DNA of 64,000 nucleotides from a virus. Lineage: Duplodnaviria > Caudoviricetes. The stretch is taken from the IMG/VR virus record IMGVR_UViG_3300021256_000084, positions 22,162-86,161 of that record; one strand, 5' to 3'. The notes below the pieces were generated by a model. It was not told where the DNA came from. It was given only the letters and a program-made list of their open reading frames with translations, and did not search any database. A program made the position numbers and the translations under genes. Shown here one piece after another: positions 36,790-46,461 of this stretch (its first letter is position 1; every line of letters begins with the position of its first letter).

Positions 36790-37962
36790 ATGAGTAACAA
36801 TATTAACTACACAATTCCTGCACACAGCAAGGACGAGTTTTTGAAGCTCGTAAGCAAGGCAAGCAAGAATATTACGGGCTTGCAGTGGACGGTAGGCGAA
36901 ACGCGCAATCAAACATTCCGGCACTACTTTGACGGCGAAATCGTTAAGATGTCACACAGCGTTTGCGACGTAACGATTGAGCTGCCCGAAGTAAACGATT
37001 GGGTGCTTCTTGCAACAGTTGTTGACGGTGCAATGTTCATAACAGACCACAAGCAGCAGCTTGTACTTAAGAACGGACACGGTGCGGACTACAAGCTTTG
37101 CGACGTGTGCAAGCATAGGCAGTGGAAGAAAAGCTATATCGTGCGCAACAGCAAGACAAACGAGGAACTGCAAGTAGGCGCAGAGTGCGCTAAGAAGTTC
37201 GGCATTGGCATGATGCACGCTATTTACCTGCTGACAAAGGAACTGTACCAAAGCTATTCGCTGTATTCCTGCGAGTACGACGGCTTAGAGCCTGTTGAAT
37301 GGCCAGCGCACATCAGCGACCCGCACGCAGTCAAAAGCGTTGAAACGTCCATCCTTGTGCAAGCTGCAAAGCACTACTACGACGAGCACAACGGCGTATG
37401 GAAGAAGGGCTACTACGTTGACCGCTTCTACTACCCAAGCGAAAGTGCTGCTGATATACGCGCAAGCCTTGACAAGTTTACAGCAGACGCAGACAACGCT
37501 TACTACAAGGAGCTTGCTGCTTGGCTGTGCAACACGTTTGAAGCTGACGCTTACAGCGAGTTCGACGAGAAGATAAAGTGCGTTGGCACTGACTACTACA
37601 TGTCCGCAGGTGACACGGCAGCAGCATTCTTTGCAATCAAGAAGTACGAGCAGTACAAGCGCGAGCAGGCCGCTAAAGCAGCTGGAAAGTATTTGCCCAA
37701 AGCTGGCGATTACATTCATATCGTTGGAAAAATCATCAGCTCGGAAACAAAGAGCGGCTACTATGGAGTTTTTGTTGAGTACGAAATCCTTAACTCGCTG
37801 GACGGCAATACGTACAAGCGTAGCGGAGCTGTTAAGGCAGACAAGGACAACAACGTTGACTGCTATGCTTTTATCCGCGACGTTTGGAAGGGCTGCAACG
37901 TGCTCGACCGTACTACACAGCACGCTAAGAAAGGGGTGACAATAGCAAATGTTTTACAATAA
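36790..37962 (+). CDS. hypothetical zinc-finger protein
   Basis: CDVC...VGAECAKK motif; possible C-terminal OB fold. Confidence 0.7.
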   Translation: MSNNINYTIPAHSKDEFLKLVSKASKNITGLQWTVGETRNQTFRHYFDGEIVKMSHSVCDVTIELPEVNDWVLLATVVDGAMFITDHKQQLVLKNGHGADYKLCDVCKHRQWKKSYIVRNSKTNEELQVGAECAKKFGIGMMHAIYLLTKELYQSYSLYSCEYDGLEPVEWPAHISDPHAVKSVETSILVQAAKHYYDEHNGVWKKGYYVDRFYYPSESAADIRASLDKFTADADNAYYKELAAWLCNTFEADAYSEFDEKIKCVGTDYYMSAGDTAAAFFAIKKYEQYKREQAAKAAGKYLPKAGDYIHIVGKIISSETKSGYYGVFVEYEILNSLDGNTYKRSGAVKADKDNNVDCYAFIRDVWKGCNVLDRTTQHAKKGVTIANVLQ

Positions 37963-37976
37963 AAAAAGACACGACA

Positions 37977-38618
37977 ATGGCAACGACAATTCGACTTCAA
38001 GAAGGCTTTTTTAGCTTTGCACAGAACGGAAATATCCAGTGCGGGACAACAGTAGCAGGCACTTGGCAAAAGCGCGACATCTGGGCAGAAAACGGCAGCA
38101 TGCACGATAAAAGCGGCAACAAGATTGTTCACTACTTATGGGTTGCCAAACTTGCTGACGGCAGCGAAGTAATTGAGTATTCACGCAGCGAGCTACGCAA
38201 CGCGCTCAACGGACGCAAAGTAACAATAACCACGAGCAATAACAACAGTACGACAATGAAGAAAGACAAAGTTTACCAAATTGCATACGAGTACGCGCAG
38301 AACGAGTGCTTGGATATGCAGGACGAAAAGCTGGGCTTCGCAAACGAGCAGATTGCGGAGCTGGTACAGACGCTTGTTAGCAAGCTGTATGCGTGCAACT
38401 GCAAGGCACAGCAGGCAGTAGAAGTCGAGTATGGGCAATACACCATCAAAGTACGAAACGCACGGCAAAACAGCTTTGTAAGCGTTTCTACGGGCGACTG
38501 TACGGGCGTTGCCCATTCCCTGGCATACATCACAATGACTACGCGCCCGATTACGCAGGGCGAAGTGAAGGAGCTGGTGAATATGATTAACGAAGCTTGG
38601 TATCACGTAAACAACTAA
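37977..38618 (+). CDS. hypothetical protein, possibly two fused genes (internal start at 38256)
   Basis: ACGACAATG at both 37971 and 38250, in the same frame. Confidence 0.6.
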   Translation: MATTIRLQEGFFSFAQNGNIQCGTTVAGTWQKRDIWAENGSMHDKSGNKIVHYLWVAKLADGSEVIEYSRSELRNALNGRKVTITTSNNNSTTMKKDKVYQIAYEYAQNECLDMQDEKLGFANEQIAELVQTLVSKLYACNCKAQQAVEVEYGQYTIKVRNARQNSFVSVSTGDCTGVAHSLAYITMTTRPITQGEVKELVNMINEAWYHVNN

Positions 38619-38633
38619 AAAAACAGTACGACA

Positions 38634-40184
38634 ATGAATTTATTTACAAGCAATCCCGACTTCTACCCTACGCCCGAAAACGTCATTGAAAAAATGATGT
38701 TGGGTGAAAACGTCGCAGGCAAGACGGTGTTAGAGCCGTCTGCCGGAAGCGGCAACATAGTGCGCTGGCTGCACAGCAACGGAGCTGCACAGGTGCTTGC
38801 GTGCGAAAATGACCCGCACTGCCGCAAGCTGCTGGCAGGCGAGCAGCTTATTGCAGAGGACTTCCTTACAGTAACGCCCGACATGGTAAGCCACGTGCAG
38901 TACATTGTAATGAACCCACCTTTTAGCCACGGTGCAGAGCATATCCTGCACGCTTGGAACATTGCGCCCGCTGGCTGCACTGTCATTGCGCTGTGCAATA
39001 CAAGCAACCTGCGCAACGAGTACTACAACACAAAGCACTTGCAGTTGAGCGAGACAGTGCAGTTGAACGGCAGCAGCGAGGACTTGGGCAGCGCGTTTGA
39101 CAACGCAGAGCGTCGCACAAACGTAAGAGTGTCGCTTGTCAAACTGTACAAGCAGGGCAGCGGCGAAAGCGAGTTTGACGGCTACTTCTTTTCCGCTGTT
39201 GACGAGGACGCTGCAAGCGAAAAGGAAGGGCTTGTGTCCTACAACTTCGTGCGTGACATCGTAGGTCGTTACGTGCAGGCTGTAAAGCTGTTTGACGGTG
39301 CTATGCAGGCAGCGAAAGCTATCAACGAAGCAGCGGACTTTTTCGATTACACTACTGTAACGGACGAAAAGACAGGCGAGCAGAAGCAGATAAAGAACAC
39401 CTACGGCAGCTTGCCCGTCACGTTTGGAGCAATACTGTGCAAGTCGGACGATGATGTACGCGGAGATAACGGCACAAAGATAACGCACGAGCAGTACAAG
39501 AAGTATCTGCAAAAGCACTATTGGCGCATCATCTTCAAGAAGCTTAATATGGAGCGTTACGCTACGAAGCAACTGCGTGAAAACATCAACAAATTTGTGG
39601 AGCAGCAGACCAACGTGCCTTTCACTATGGGCAATATCTACCGCGTGCTGGATATTGTCGTACAGACAAACGGACAGCGTATGCTCAACGCGCTTGTGGA
39701 AGCTTTCGACACGATATGTAGCTTGTCAGCTGAAAACAGCACTGCACGCGAAACGTGGAAAACGAATGCAAACTACATGGTAAACAAGCGTTTCATCTGC
39801 GACTGGATAACTACCCTAAGCAGCTGGGGCGGCAAGATGGAAGTGCGCGAGTGGAGCAGCTATAACGACAACGCGACAAAGATTAACGACGTGTGCAAAG
39901 CACTGTGCTACATGACCGGGCGTAATTGGGAGGAAATAGGCACGCTGGGCGAGTACGTGCGTAAGAACGATCCAGCTTGGGGCACTTGGTTTGAATGGGG
40001 ATTTTTCCGCTGCAAGGGCTTCAAGAAAGGCACGATGCACTTTGAATTTTTGGACGAGGACGTTTGGTTTAAGTTCAACTATACCGTTGCACAGCGCAAG
40101 GGCTGGAACTTGCCCAAGAAAACGCAGACGGAGCGCAAGCCGCGCACAAAAAAGCAGGAAGCAAAGGAAACATCATTATTTTAA
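38634..40184 (+). CDS. N6-adenine-type methyltransferase domain fused to a DUF4942-like domain
   Basis: DFYPTP, VLEPSAGSG (motif I), IVMNPPF (motif IV); C-terminal NYMVNKRFI..CKGFKKGTMHFEF. Confidence 0.8.
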   Translation: MNLFTSNPDFYPTPENVIEKMMLGENVAGKTVLEPSAGSGNIVRWLHSNGAAQVLACENDPHCRKLLAGEQLIAEDFLTVTPDMVSHVQYIVMNPPFSHGAEHILHAWNIAPAGCTVIALCNTSNLRNEYYNTKHLQLSETVQLNGSSEDLGSAFDNAERRTNVRVSLVKLYKQGSGESEFDGYFFSAVDEDAASEKEGLVSYNFVRDIVGRYVQAVKLFDGAMQAAKAINEAADFFDYTTVTDEKTGEQKQIKNTYGSLPVTFGAILCKSDDDVRGDNGTKITHEQYKKYLQKHYWRIIFKKLNMERYATKQLRENINKFVEQQTNVPFTMGNIYRVLDIVVQTNGQRMLNALVEAFDTICSLSAENSTARETWKTNANYMVNKRFICDWITTLSSWGGKMEVREWSSYNDNATKINDVCKALCYMTGRNWEEIGTLGEYVRKNDPAWGTWFEWGFFRCKGFKKGTMHFEFLDEDVWFKFNYTVAQRKGWNLPKKTQTERKPRTKKQEAKETSLF

Positions 40185-40202
40185 CTCATAACGAAAAGCA
40201 TT

Positions 40203-40808
40203 ATGAAAGAAGTAACATTACAAGTACCCGACGGAAAGAAAGTCGAGTGGAGAGAAGTAAACGGCGTAACTGTACCCGTGCTTGTTGACGAACAGCAGCA
40301 GGACAACCGCCCCGTAACAGAACGCATAAAGACGTTTGAGGATGCGTACTACGCACTTGACAGCGAACACCCATTGAGAAAGGAGTGGGATGCACTCGCA
40401 GAAGCAATACGTCAGTCCGTCGGCATTGGCAAGGACATCGTAGCGTTCCTGCAACTGCGTATTATTGCAGCAGCACTTAACGAGGGGTGGGTGCCGCAGT
40501 TTACTAACGACGAGTATCGCTATTATCCGTACTTTGTGCTGTACACGCAGCAGGAAGTGGACGATATGGACGAAGAGGACAAGAAAGAGCTGTGGATGTT
40601 CGGCGGCCGCTCGAACTCCGGTGCGGATTGCGGTCTCGCTTATGCGTACTCGGACGGCGCTTGGTCGCGCTCGGACGCGGCCTGCTCGGCTCGCCTTGCT
40701 GTGAAAAGTTCGGAACTTGCAAAGTATTTTGGAAAGCAATTCATTGGCATTTGGGCTAACTACGCTTGCCCTCCTGCTTTTGATTGCGCCAGCCCCAAAA
40801 AAGCGTGA
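40203..40808 (+). CDS. remote DGR target protein (C-terminal variable region, probable CLec fold)
   Basis: Contains VR2; ERIKTFEDA...LRIIAAALNEGW family motif. Confidence 0.88.
   Translation: MKEVTLQVPDGKKVEWREVNGVTVPVLVDEQQQDNRPVTERIKTFEDAYYALDSEHPLRKEWDALAEAIRQSVGIGKDIVAFLQLRIIAAALNEGWVPQFTNDEYRYYPYFVLYTQQEVDDMDEEDKKELWMFGGRSNSGADCGLAYAYSDGAWSRSDAACSARLAVKSSELAKYFGKQFIGIWANYACPPAFDCASPKKA
40587..40700 (+). repeat. DGR variable repeat VR2 plus IMH
   Basis: Over 111 bp differs from TR at 16 positions, all TR adenines. Confidence 0.95.
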
Positions 40809-40861
40809 ACGTCAACGTTGGGTGCGCTCGCAAGAGCGCACTCGCACATAAAAAAATAACT

Positions 40862-41230
40862 ATGAGCAAGAATGAACTTGAAAAGCAGTATAGCAAGCTG
40901 CTGAAAGAGATTGAGACAATGCGAATGTACGACGGCAGGAACAAAGGCGTTGACGTGTATGTTTGCGACAAATGCGGTAAGACTATCTACACGCGATACA
41001 AGGACAAGGGCGTTACGCCTTTCACTATTGCGTGCCGGGATAATGAATGCAAGGGTACAATGATGCACAACCGCGCCATTTCTGAAATGGACGCTATGCT
41101 TAACAAGCTGACTGTGCATAACTGGGTACGCCCTACGTTGCAGTGGCTTGACAAGCAGCGTCAAAAAGGTAAAGCGGGGCTTGTTGAGCATGTTTTGAAT
41201 GGCGGTTTGGTTTTGGAAAGCGAGCTGTGA
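40862..41230 (+). CDS. hypothetical zinc-ribbon protein
   Basis: CDKC..C...C motifs. Confidence 0.6.
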   Translation: MSKNELEKQYSKLLKEIETMRMYDGRNKGVDVYVCDKCGKTIYTRYKDKGVTPFTIACRDNECKGTMMHNRAISEMDAMLNKLTVHNWVRPTLQWLDKQRQKGKAGLVEHVLNGGLVLESEL

Positions 41231-41231
41231 T

Positions 41232-41492
41232 ATGGAAATAACACCGAAATTCAAATTTGTTGAGGGCAGCTTTGATACAAAGACAAACAAGATGCTTTGT
41301 ATTGCCAGCGACAATCACGGCACTGTAGAACTGTGCTTTAAGGAAGAAGGCTGTGGGTGGAATATCCCGTTTGCGAAGATTGAACTGTTCGACAGCGGCT
41401 TATACAAGGACTTCAAGGCTACAATGAGTGATGCAAAAGCGTTGGGCGACGAGATTGCAAGACGCTGGAACGAGTGTAACGATAAAAAGTAA
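41232..41492 (+). CDS. hypothetical protein
   Basis: Packed ORF. Confidence 0.55.
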   Translation: MEITPKFKFVEGSFDTKTNKMLCIASDNHGTVELCFKEEGCGWNIPFAKIELFDSGLYKDFKATMSDAKALGDEIARRWNECNDKK

Positions 41493-41496
41493 CGAC

Positions 41497-41736
41497 ATGG
41501 AAGCAATAACTATTACGCAGGAACAAAGCGGCTGGAAAGTGCAGCAGGGCGACAAGTATGCGGACGGATTGTGCTACGATGAAATGATGGGCGTTGTTTC
41601 TGCGCTGACAATGCCGAAGCAGCGACCTTGCTTGTCGTGGATGCGCACAAAGGAGCAGCACGAAGCTTGGGAACGCACAATGAAAGAAGCGATTGACAAA
41701 CGCAGCAGCGCACATAAAAAAAATGACTATGCTTAA
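41497..41736 (+). CDS. hypothetical protein
   Basis: ATG in AACGACATG context. Confidence 0.55.
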   Translation: MEAITITQEQSGWKVQQGDKYADGLCYDEMMGVVSALTMPKQRPCLSWMRTKEQHEAWERTMKEAIDKRSSAHKKNDYA

Positions 41737-42565
41737 ACCAGGTAAAAGACAACTGAAAGACATCACCGACCAAGAGCTTCAGGTGATAGTAGAAATGAGC
41801 CATCACTACGGCTGCAAGGACTTCTGGGGCAACCCAGTCATTACGGACATCGACCGCAATATGTTCGATAACACCATCGTGATTGACTATGAGCAGACAC
41901 GCATCAACGACGGCGAGAAATCGCTGACCGTGATGTTCTTCGAGTACAACTCGCTGACGTACCACGTAGATTACCGCTACCCCTACGCCCGCAGCACAAA
42001 GTCGGAGAGCATCACCGAAGACCCGAAGATGCTGTTATGGCTACTCAATCAGGACTTCGACCTGCTGAGCGTCCTGTCTGAGAAACCGACAGCTATACAC
42101 TTGTCGCAATCGTACAAGACTATGGGATTCCTCGTCGGACACGGGCATTGCGGTTACTTCAAGATGGACACGATGAAGTTCTTCGGTCCTGATGAGCGTG
42201 ATAAAGCCAACGAATATCAAGACGAGCGCAAGCAGGAAAAAGACTACGTTCACATATTCCAGGTGCTCGACGTAAACGAGCGCGATGCTGACTTCCGACT
42301 GAAGGACAAGCACTACGAACGCATGGAACACTGCATCGGGCTGGACGGTGGCGACGTGAAAGACGACCTCTACAAAGCCTACCGCAACAGCGTGACCTAT
42401 TATGAGTGCGTACCCGAATGGGAAGACCTTGTGCGCAACGGCTATGCCAGCCGACGCGGCGCAGTCGGACAGTCTATCTTCTACAGTGTCACACGTAAGG
42501 GTTTTAAAGCCATTGCACGTCGCAACGGCATCAGAATACGCTACGAGATAGAAGTAAATCCATAA
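41723..42565 (+). CDS. hypothetical protein
   Basis: Long ORF; C-terminal MEHCIGL..YRN..W..LV.NGYA motif. Confidence 0.65.
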   Translation: MTMLKPGKRQLKDITDQELQVIVEMSHHYGCKDFWGNPVITDIDRNMFDNTIVIDYEQTRINDGEKSLTVMFFEYNSLTYHVDYRYPYARSTKSESITEDPKMLLWLLNQDFDLLSVLSEKPTAIHLSQSYKTMGFLVGHGHCGYFKMDTMKFFGPDERDKANEYQDERKQEKDYVHIFQVLDVNERDADFRLKDKHYERMEHCIGLDGGDVKDDLYKAYRNSVTYYECVPEWEDLVRNGYASRRGAVGQSIFYSVTRKGFKAIARRNGIRIRYEIEVNP

Positions 42566-42584
42566 AGACATGGAGGGCTGAACG

Positions 42585-43049
42585 ATGGAAAGAGAAAAAA
42601 TAACCATCAATGGTATGCAGTTTCAGACAGACAGGCTACTACCAAACTACCGTGGCGAGTACGACTGTATCTGTGAGAATTGTGTATTTGATGTCGATTG
42701 GGTGGACTTCGGCAAAACTAATCCGTGCAGGAAAGTGAAGTGTGCGCACAAAAACGGACATGAGGGCAACCGCAATATTTGGATGCCCGTCAATGGGCTG
42801 GACAGCTTGAAGCGGAAACCTGTCACTTGGTGGGTATCGTTTTCCTACACCTACGAGTATCTTGACGGCAATGGCGAGTGGGACAGCGACAGCGGCTGCG
42901 ATGCCTGCAGGTTCCTCTGCCGTGAAGAGGAGATTGAGAAGAATGTTATGGAGTATGTCAAGGAAGAACTCGACTACGACAGCGGCGACATCAGAAACAT
43001 CAAGATAGAAATTGAAGACCATTACATTACAACAGACTACGAAGTGTGA
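42585..43049 (+). CDS. hypothetical protein
   Basis: 154-aa Cys-rich ORF. Confidence 0.6.
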   Translation: MEREKITINGMQFQTDRLLPNYRGEYDCICENCVFDVDWVDFGKTNPCRKVKCAHKNGHEGNRNIWMPVNGLDSLKRKPVTWWVSFSYTYEYLDGNGEWDSDSGCDACRFLCREEEIEKNVMEYVKEELDYDSGDIRNIKIEIEDHYITTDYEV

Positions 43050-43684
43050 CCGATATGCAGAAGATAATGTATGATGACAATTACGGGCTGACAGAAGCAA
43101 CGTTGCATGAGCTTAAGGACATGACGCGACGTATTGCCTATAACAAGGAGCTTAAGAATGAGCTTCACACGGGCTGTGACGAAAGCGGACACCTTATCAT
43201 GTGCGACGGCTGGATGCAAGTTGCACGCAGCAAATACGCAGTCGGCGAGGAAGTGGCTATTGCACAGTCGTACAAGACGCTGCTTGAAAGCGAGTATATG
43301 CCTGCGGACATAGAGGATGCCGTCTGCGAGCTTGTACGCCAAGGGCATGCTGGCTATACGAACAAAATGTTTGTCAAAGCGGAGCTTATGCCAAAGCGCA
43401 TACGCATAACTGCTATCAAGCTGGAGCGTTTGCAGGACATCACTAACGAGGACTGCCTGCGCGAGGGCATTTACAAACACAACGCCCTGCCCGACGCTTT
43501 GGGCGAGGATAGGTATAAGTTCATTTCCTACGCCTACGACGCAACGCAGGACAAGCACCGCAAGCGCAAATGGTTTCCAACACCACGCGAAGCATTTGCT
43601 ACACTCATTGACAAAGTATCGGGCAAAGGCACATGGGAGCGTAACCCATACGTGTTTGTGTACACTTACGAACTAATTAAGTAA
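43046..43684 (+). CDS. ASCH/PUA-like conserved phage protein
   Basis: YAVGEEVAI, RITAIKLERLQDI..EG and W.RNPYVFVY motifs. Confidence 0.6.
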   Translation: MTDMQKIMYDDNYGLTEATLHELKDMTRRIAYNKELKNELHTGCDESGHLIMCDGWMQVARSKYAVGEEVAIAQSYKTLLESEYMPADIEDAVCELVRQGHAGYTNKMFVKAELMPKRIRITAIKLERLQDITNEDCLREGIYKHNALPDALGEDRYKFISYAYDATQDKHRKRKWFPTPREAFATLIDKVSGKGTWERNPYVFVYTYELIK

Positions 43685-43690
43685 ACAGCA

Positions 43691-44032
43691 ATGGACGGAA
43701 AGTTTAGAGATAGTCAGTCGCAGTGGTGGGCACGCGAGTATATGGAACGCAGCGACGGAAAGGTAGGCGAAACAGACCTTGCAATAGCATTCAAAGCAGG
43801 ACGCAAGGCAGCACGCTTAAGCCTGTGGCACTGGTGCAGCGAGAGCAGCCCCAAGATAATGACGAACAGACGCGTTGCAGTCGTGGAGTTCATCACACGC
43901 GACGATTACGAAATCAACACAGTGTTGACATCGGAATATGCGGAATACACAAGAAAGCACGCTTGCGCCTTGTGGGCATACGTAGATGCACTGATAGGAG
44001 TAAAACTGCAAAAAGACGAGAATCTGTTATGA
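43691..44032 (+). CDS. hypothetical protein
   Basis: 113-aa ORF. Confidence 0.55.
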   Translation: MDGKFRDSQSQWWAREYMERSDGKVGETDLAIAFKAGRKAARLSLWHWCSESSPKIMTNRRVAVVEFITRDDYEINTVLTSEYAEYTRKHACALWAYVDALIGVKLQKDENLL

Positions 44033-44229
44033 AGATACAAGCAACGTTTGAAACACTGCCCACAATGGCAGGAAGAATAAACATGCCAAGTACACGCTGC
44101 CCAAACGGCAAGGACATTATGGTTGGCAGCAGTATGTGTATGCTGTGCAGCTGCTTTGCCAGCTACGACGCAGACAGCAAGGTAGTAGAGTGTAACAAAG
44201 AACAATAGTAACAACTTAAAAGCAAAAGC

Positions 44230-45399
44230 ATGGAAAAGCTTAAGATTTATGCACAGACGATTGAGGAAGAAGCTGTGCAGCAAGTAAAGAAGATGAATGC
44301 GTGCGAAGCGTACAAGGACTGCACCGTGCGCATTATGCCCGACTGCCACGCAGGCAAGGGCTGCACGATAGGAACGGTTATTGCCGTTACCGACCGCGTA
44401 GTGCCAAACACTGTAGGCGTAGACATTGGCTGCGGCATGCTCGTAACGGAGCTTGGGCAGCAGGAAGTGGACTTGCAGCTGCTCGACAAAGCTATTTACG
44501 AGCATGTGCCGTCAGGCTTCAATATCCACGAGCAGCCCATTTCTGTCAACGTTGACGTTATGCGTATGTACTGCGCATCAACACTTGACGAGGACATTGC
44601 GCAACGAAGCATTGGCACGCTGGGCGGTGGAAACCACTTTATAGAGCTTGACGAGGATGCAGCAGGGCGCAAGTACCTGGTTATCCATTCGGGAAGCCGT
44701 AATCTGGGCGTGCGCGTCTGCAACTATTACCAAAAGAAAGCTATTGAGTACTGCAAGGGCAAAGCATACGACGAGCTGGATATTGTGCAGCATCTCAAAG
44801 CAGAGGGCAGGGAGCGCGAGATACAAGCTGTGTTGCGAGAAGCAAAGGCGAAAGCCCCAAAGGTTGACAACGAGCTTGCATACTTGGAGGGCGAGCTGCT
44901 GGAGCTGTACTTGCACGACATGGAGATCTGCCAGCAGTACGCACAGCATAACCGCAAGATGATGGCGTTTAGCATCTGTAACGCTTTGGGGCTGGAAATC
45001 TACAATCAGTTTGAAACCATCCACAACTACATTGACATTCATCACAAAATACTGCGCAAGGGTGCTGTAAGCGCATTGAACGGCGAAAAACTTATTATCC
45101 CGATGAATATGCGCGACGGCTCGCTTATCTGCATAGGCAAGGGCAACATTGACTGGCTGTATTCAGCCCCGCACGGTGCTGGGCGCATTATGTCACGCAA
45201 GAAAGCAAAGGAAACGCTTGCCATGCAGGACTTCCAGCAGTCAATGCAGGGTATCTACACCACGTCCGTATGCGAGCAGACTATTGACGAAGCCCCTATG
45301 GTGTACAAGCCCATGCAGGAGATTATCGAATGCGTGCAGGACACTGTGGACGTGCTCAACATCATCAAGCCGTTGTACAACTTCAAAGCAAAGCAGTAA
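44230..45399 (+). CDS. rtcB: RNA-splicing/repair ligase RtcB
   Basis: MPDCHAG, VGVDIGCG, GGGNHFIE, IHSGSR, HNY, PHGAGR and DEAP.VYK motifs. Confidence 0.95.
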   Translation: MEKLKIYAQTIEEEAVQQVKKMNACEAYKDCTVRIMPDCHAGKGCTIGTVIAVTDRVVPNTVGVDIGCGMLVTELGQQEVDLQLLDKAIYEHVPSGFNIHEQPISVNVDVMRMYCASTLDEDIAQRSIGTLGGGNHFIELDEDAAGRKYLVIHSGSRNLGVRVCNYYQKKAIEYCKGKAYDELDIVQHLKAEGREREIQAVLREAKAKAPKVDNELAYLEGELLELYLHDMEICQQYAQHNRKMMAFSICNALGLEIYNQFETIHNYIDIHHKILRKGAVSALNGEKLIIPMNMRDGSLICIGKGNIDWLYSAPHGAGRIMSRKKAKETLAMQDFQQSMQGIYTTSVCEQTIDEAPMVYKPMQEIIECVQDTVDVLNIIKPLYNFKAKQ

Positions 45400-45612
45400 C
45401 TATGATAATAAAAGGAAGCAAGCAGCAGCGCGACGTATCAAAGCGAACGAAGCAGCTGCAAAACGACATCAAGAAGCTCGTGCTTGACTACGAGCTGGAG
45501 GTGGGTTTGGAAGTGGCAAAGATTGTCTGTCGTAAAGACAACTCCTTTGACATGCCAACGTATGAAGTAAGCGTAGATGTAGCACTACCAAAGTTCAAGG
45601 ACGAGGAAGAAG

Positions 45613-46116
45613 ATGAATAAGGTATATCAACGCATCATAGACCCCGGTAAGGGCGACTGCTGGAAGTGCAGCATTTGCACGCTGCTTGGGCTGGAATACG
45701 AAGCTGTGCCTAACTTTGTTGAGTACGGCGACATGTTTTACGAAATGGCTGTCGAGCTTTTCAAACAGCACGGCTATAAACTGACGGGCAGCTACTTGTA
45801 CAACCCAAACGCTTGCTACTTGGAAAATCCGACGTTCAACGTGTACGAGGATAGCAAGCCGCCCAGAAAAGCTACGCTGGAAGCAATAAAGCCCGAATAT
45901 GGCATTAACGGACTGTTTCTTGCGTCTGTGTACTCGCCAAAGTACACAACACCCAACGAGCACCCTATAGCACACTTGCACAGCGTTCTTTGCGACATCA
46001 ACTTCAACATTGTGTTTGACCCAAACAAGGAGTACGAGAACGTCGTAAACTACCCGTATTCAAAGATTATCGGGTACAACGGTATTCGCGGAATTGACAA
46101 AATACTGAAGCTATGA
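45613..46116 (+). CDS. hypothetical protein (possible C39-like fold)
   Basis: GDCWKC.I..LL...VPNF...HSV motif. Confidence 0.55.
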   Translation: MNKVYQRIIDPGKGDCWKCSICTLLGLEYEAVPNFVEYGDMFYEMAVELFKQHGYKLTGSYLYNPNACYLENPTFNVYEDSKPPRKATLEAIKPEYGINGLFLASVYSPKYTTPNEHPIAHLHSVLCDINFNIVFDPNKEYENVVNYPYSKIIGYNGIRGIDKILKL

Positions 46117-46461
46117 CACGGAAAGAACTTGCTGAAAAGCTGTTTGGCGACGAAGCACTTTGCGAGTGCTGCCCTTGGACGAGGGACGAGGTCAGCAAGC
46201 TACGCATTGGAATGTGCGACGGTCGCTACTGCGAGCAAGCTTTAGACACGTATATAGACGAAAACAACATCATTACGAACAATTAAAGTAACACCATTTA
46301 TGAAACAGAAAGAGATTGACAAAGCGATTGTACGCTGTTGGAAAAACGGCTGGTATGTTGACAACATTGCACGCATTGTAGGATGCACTGCGGACTATGC
46401 AAAGGAAGTGTTGGAGCGTAAAGGCTACACGGACATACAGTAACAACTAAAACACAGTATT

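Noticed and set aside
41723-43049. Recently acquired patch with different codon usage
   Set aside because: Only an impression from reading; no boundary repeats or mobility genes, and I could not quantify it
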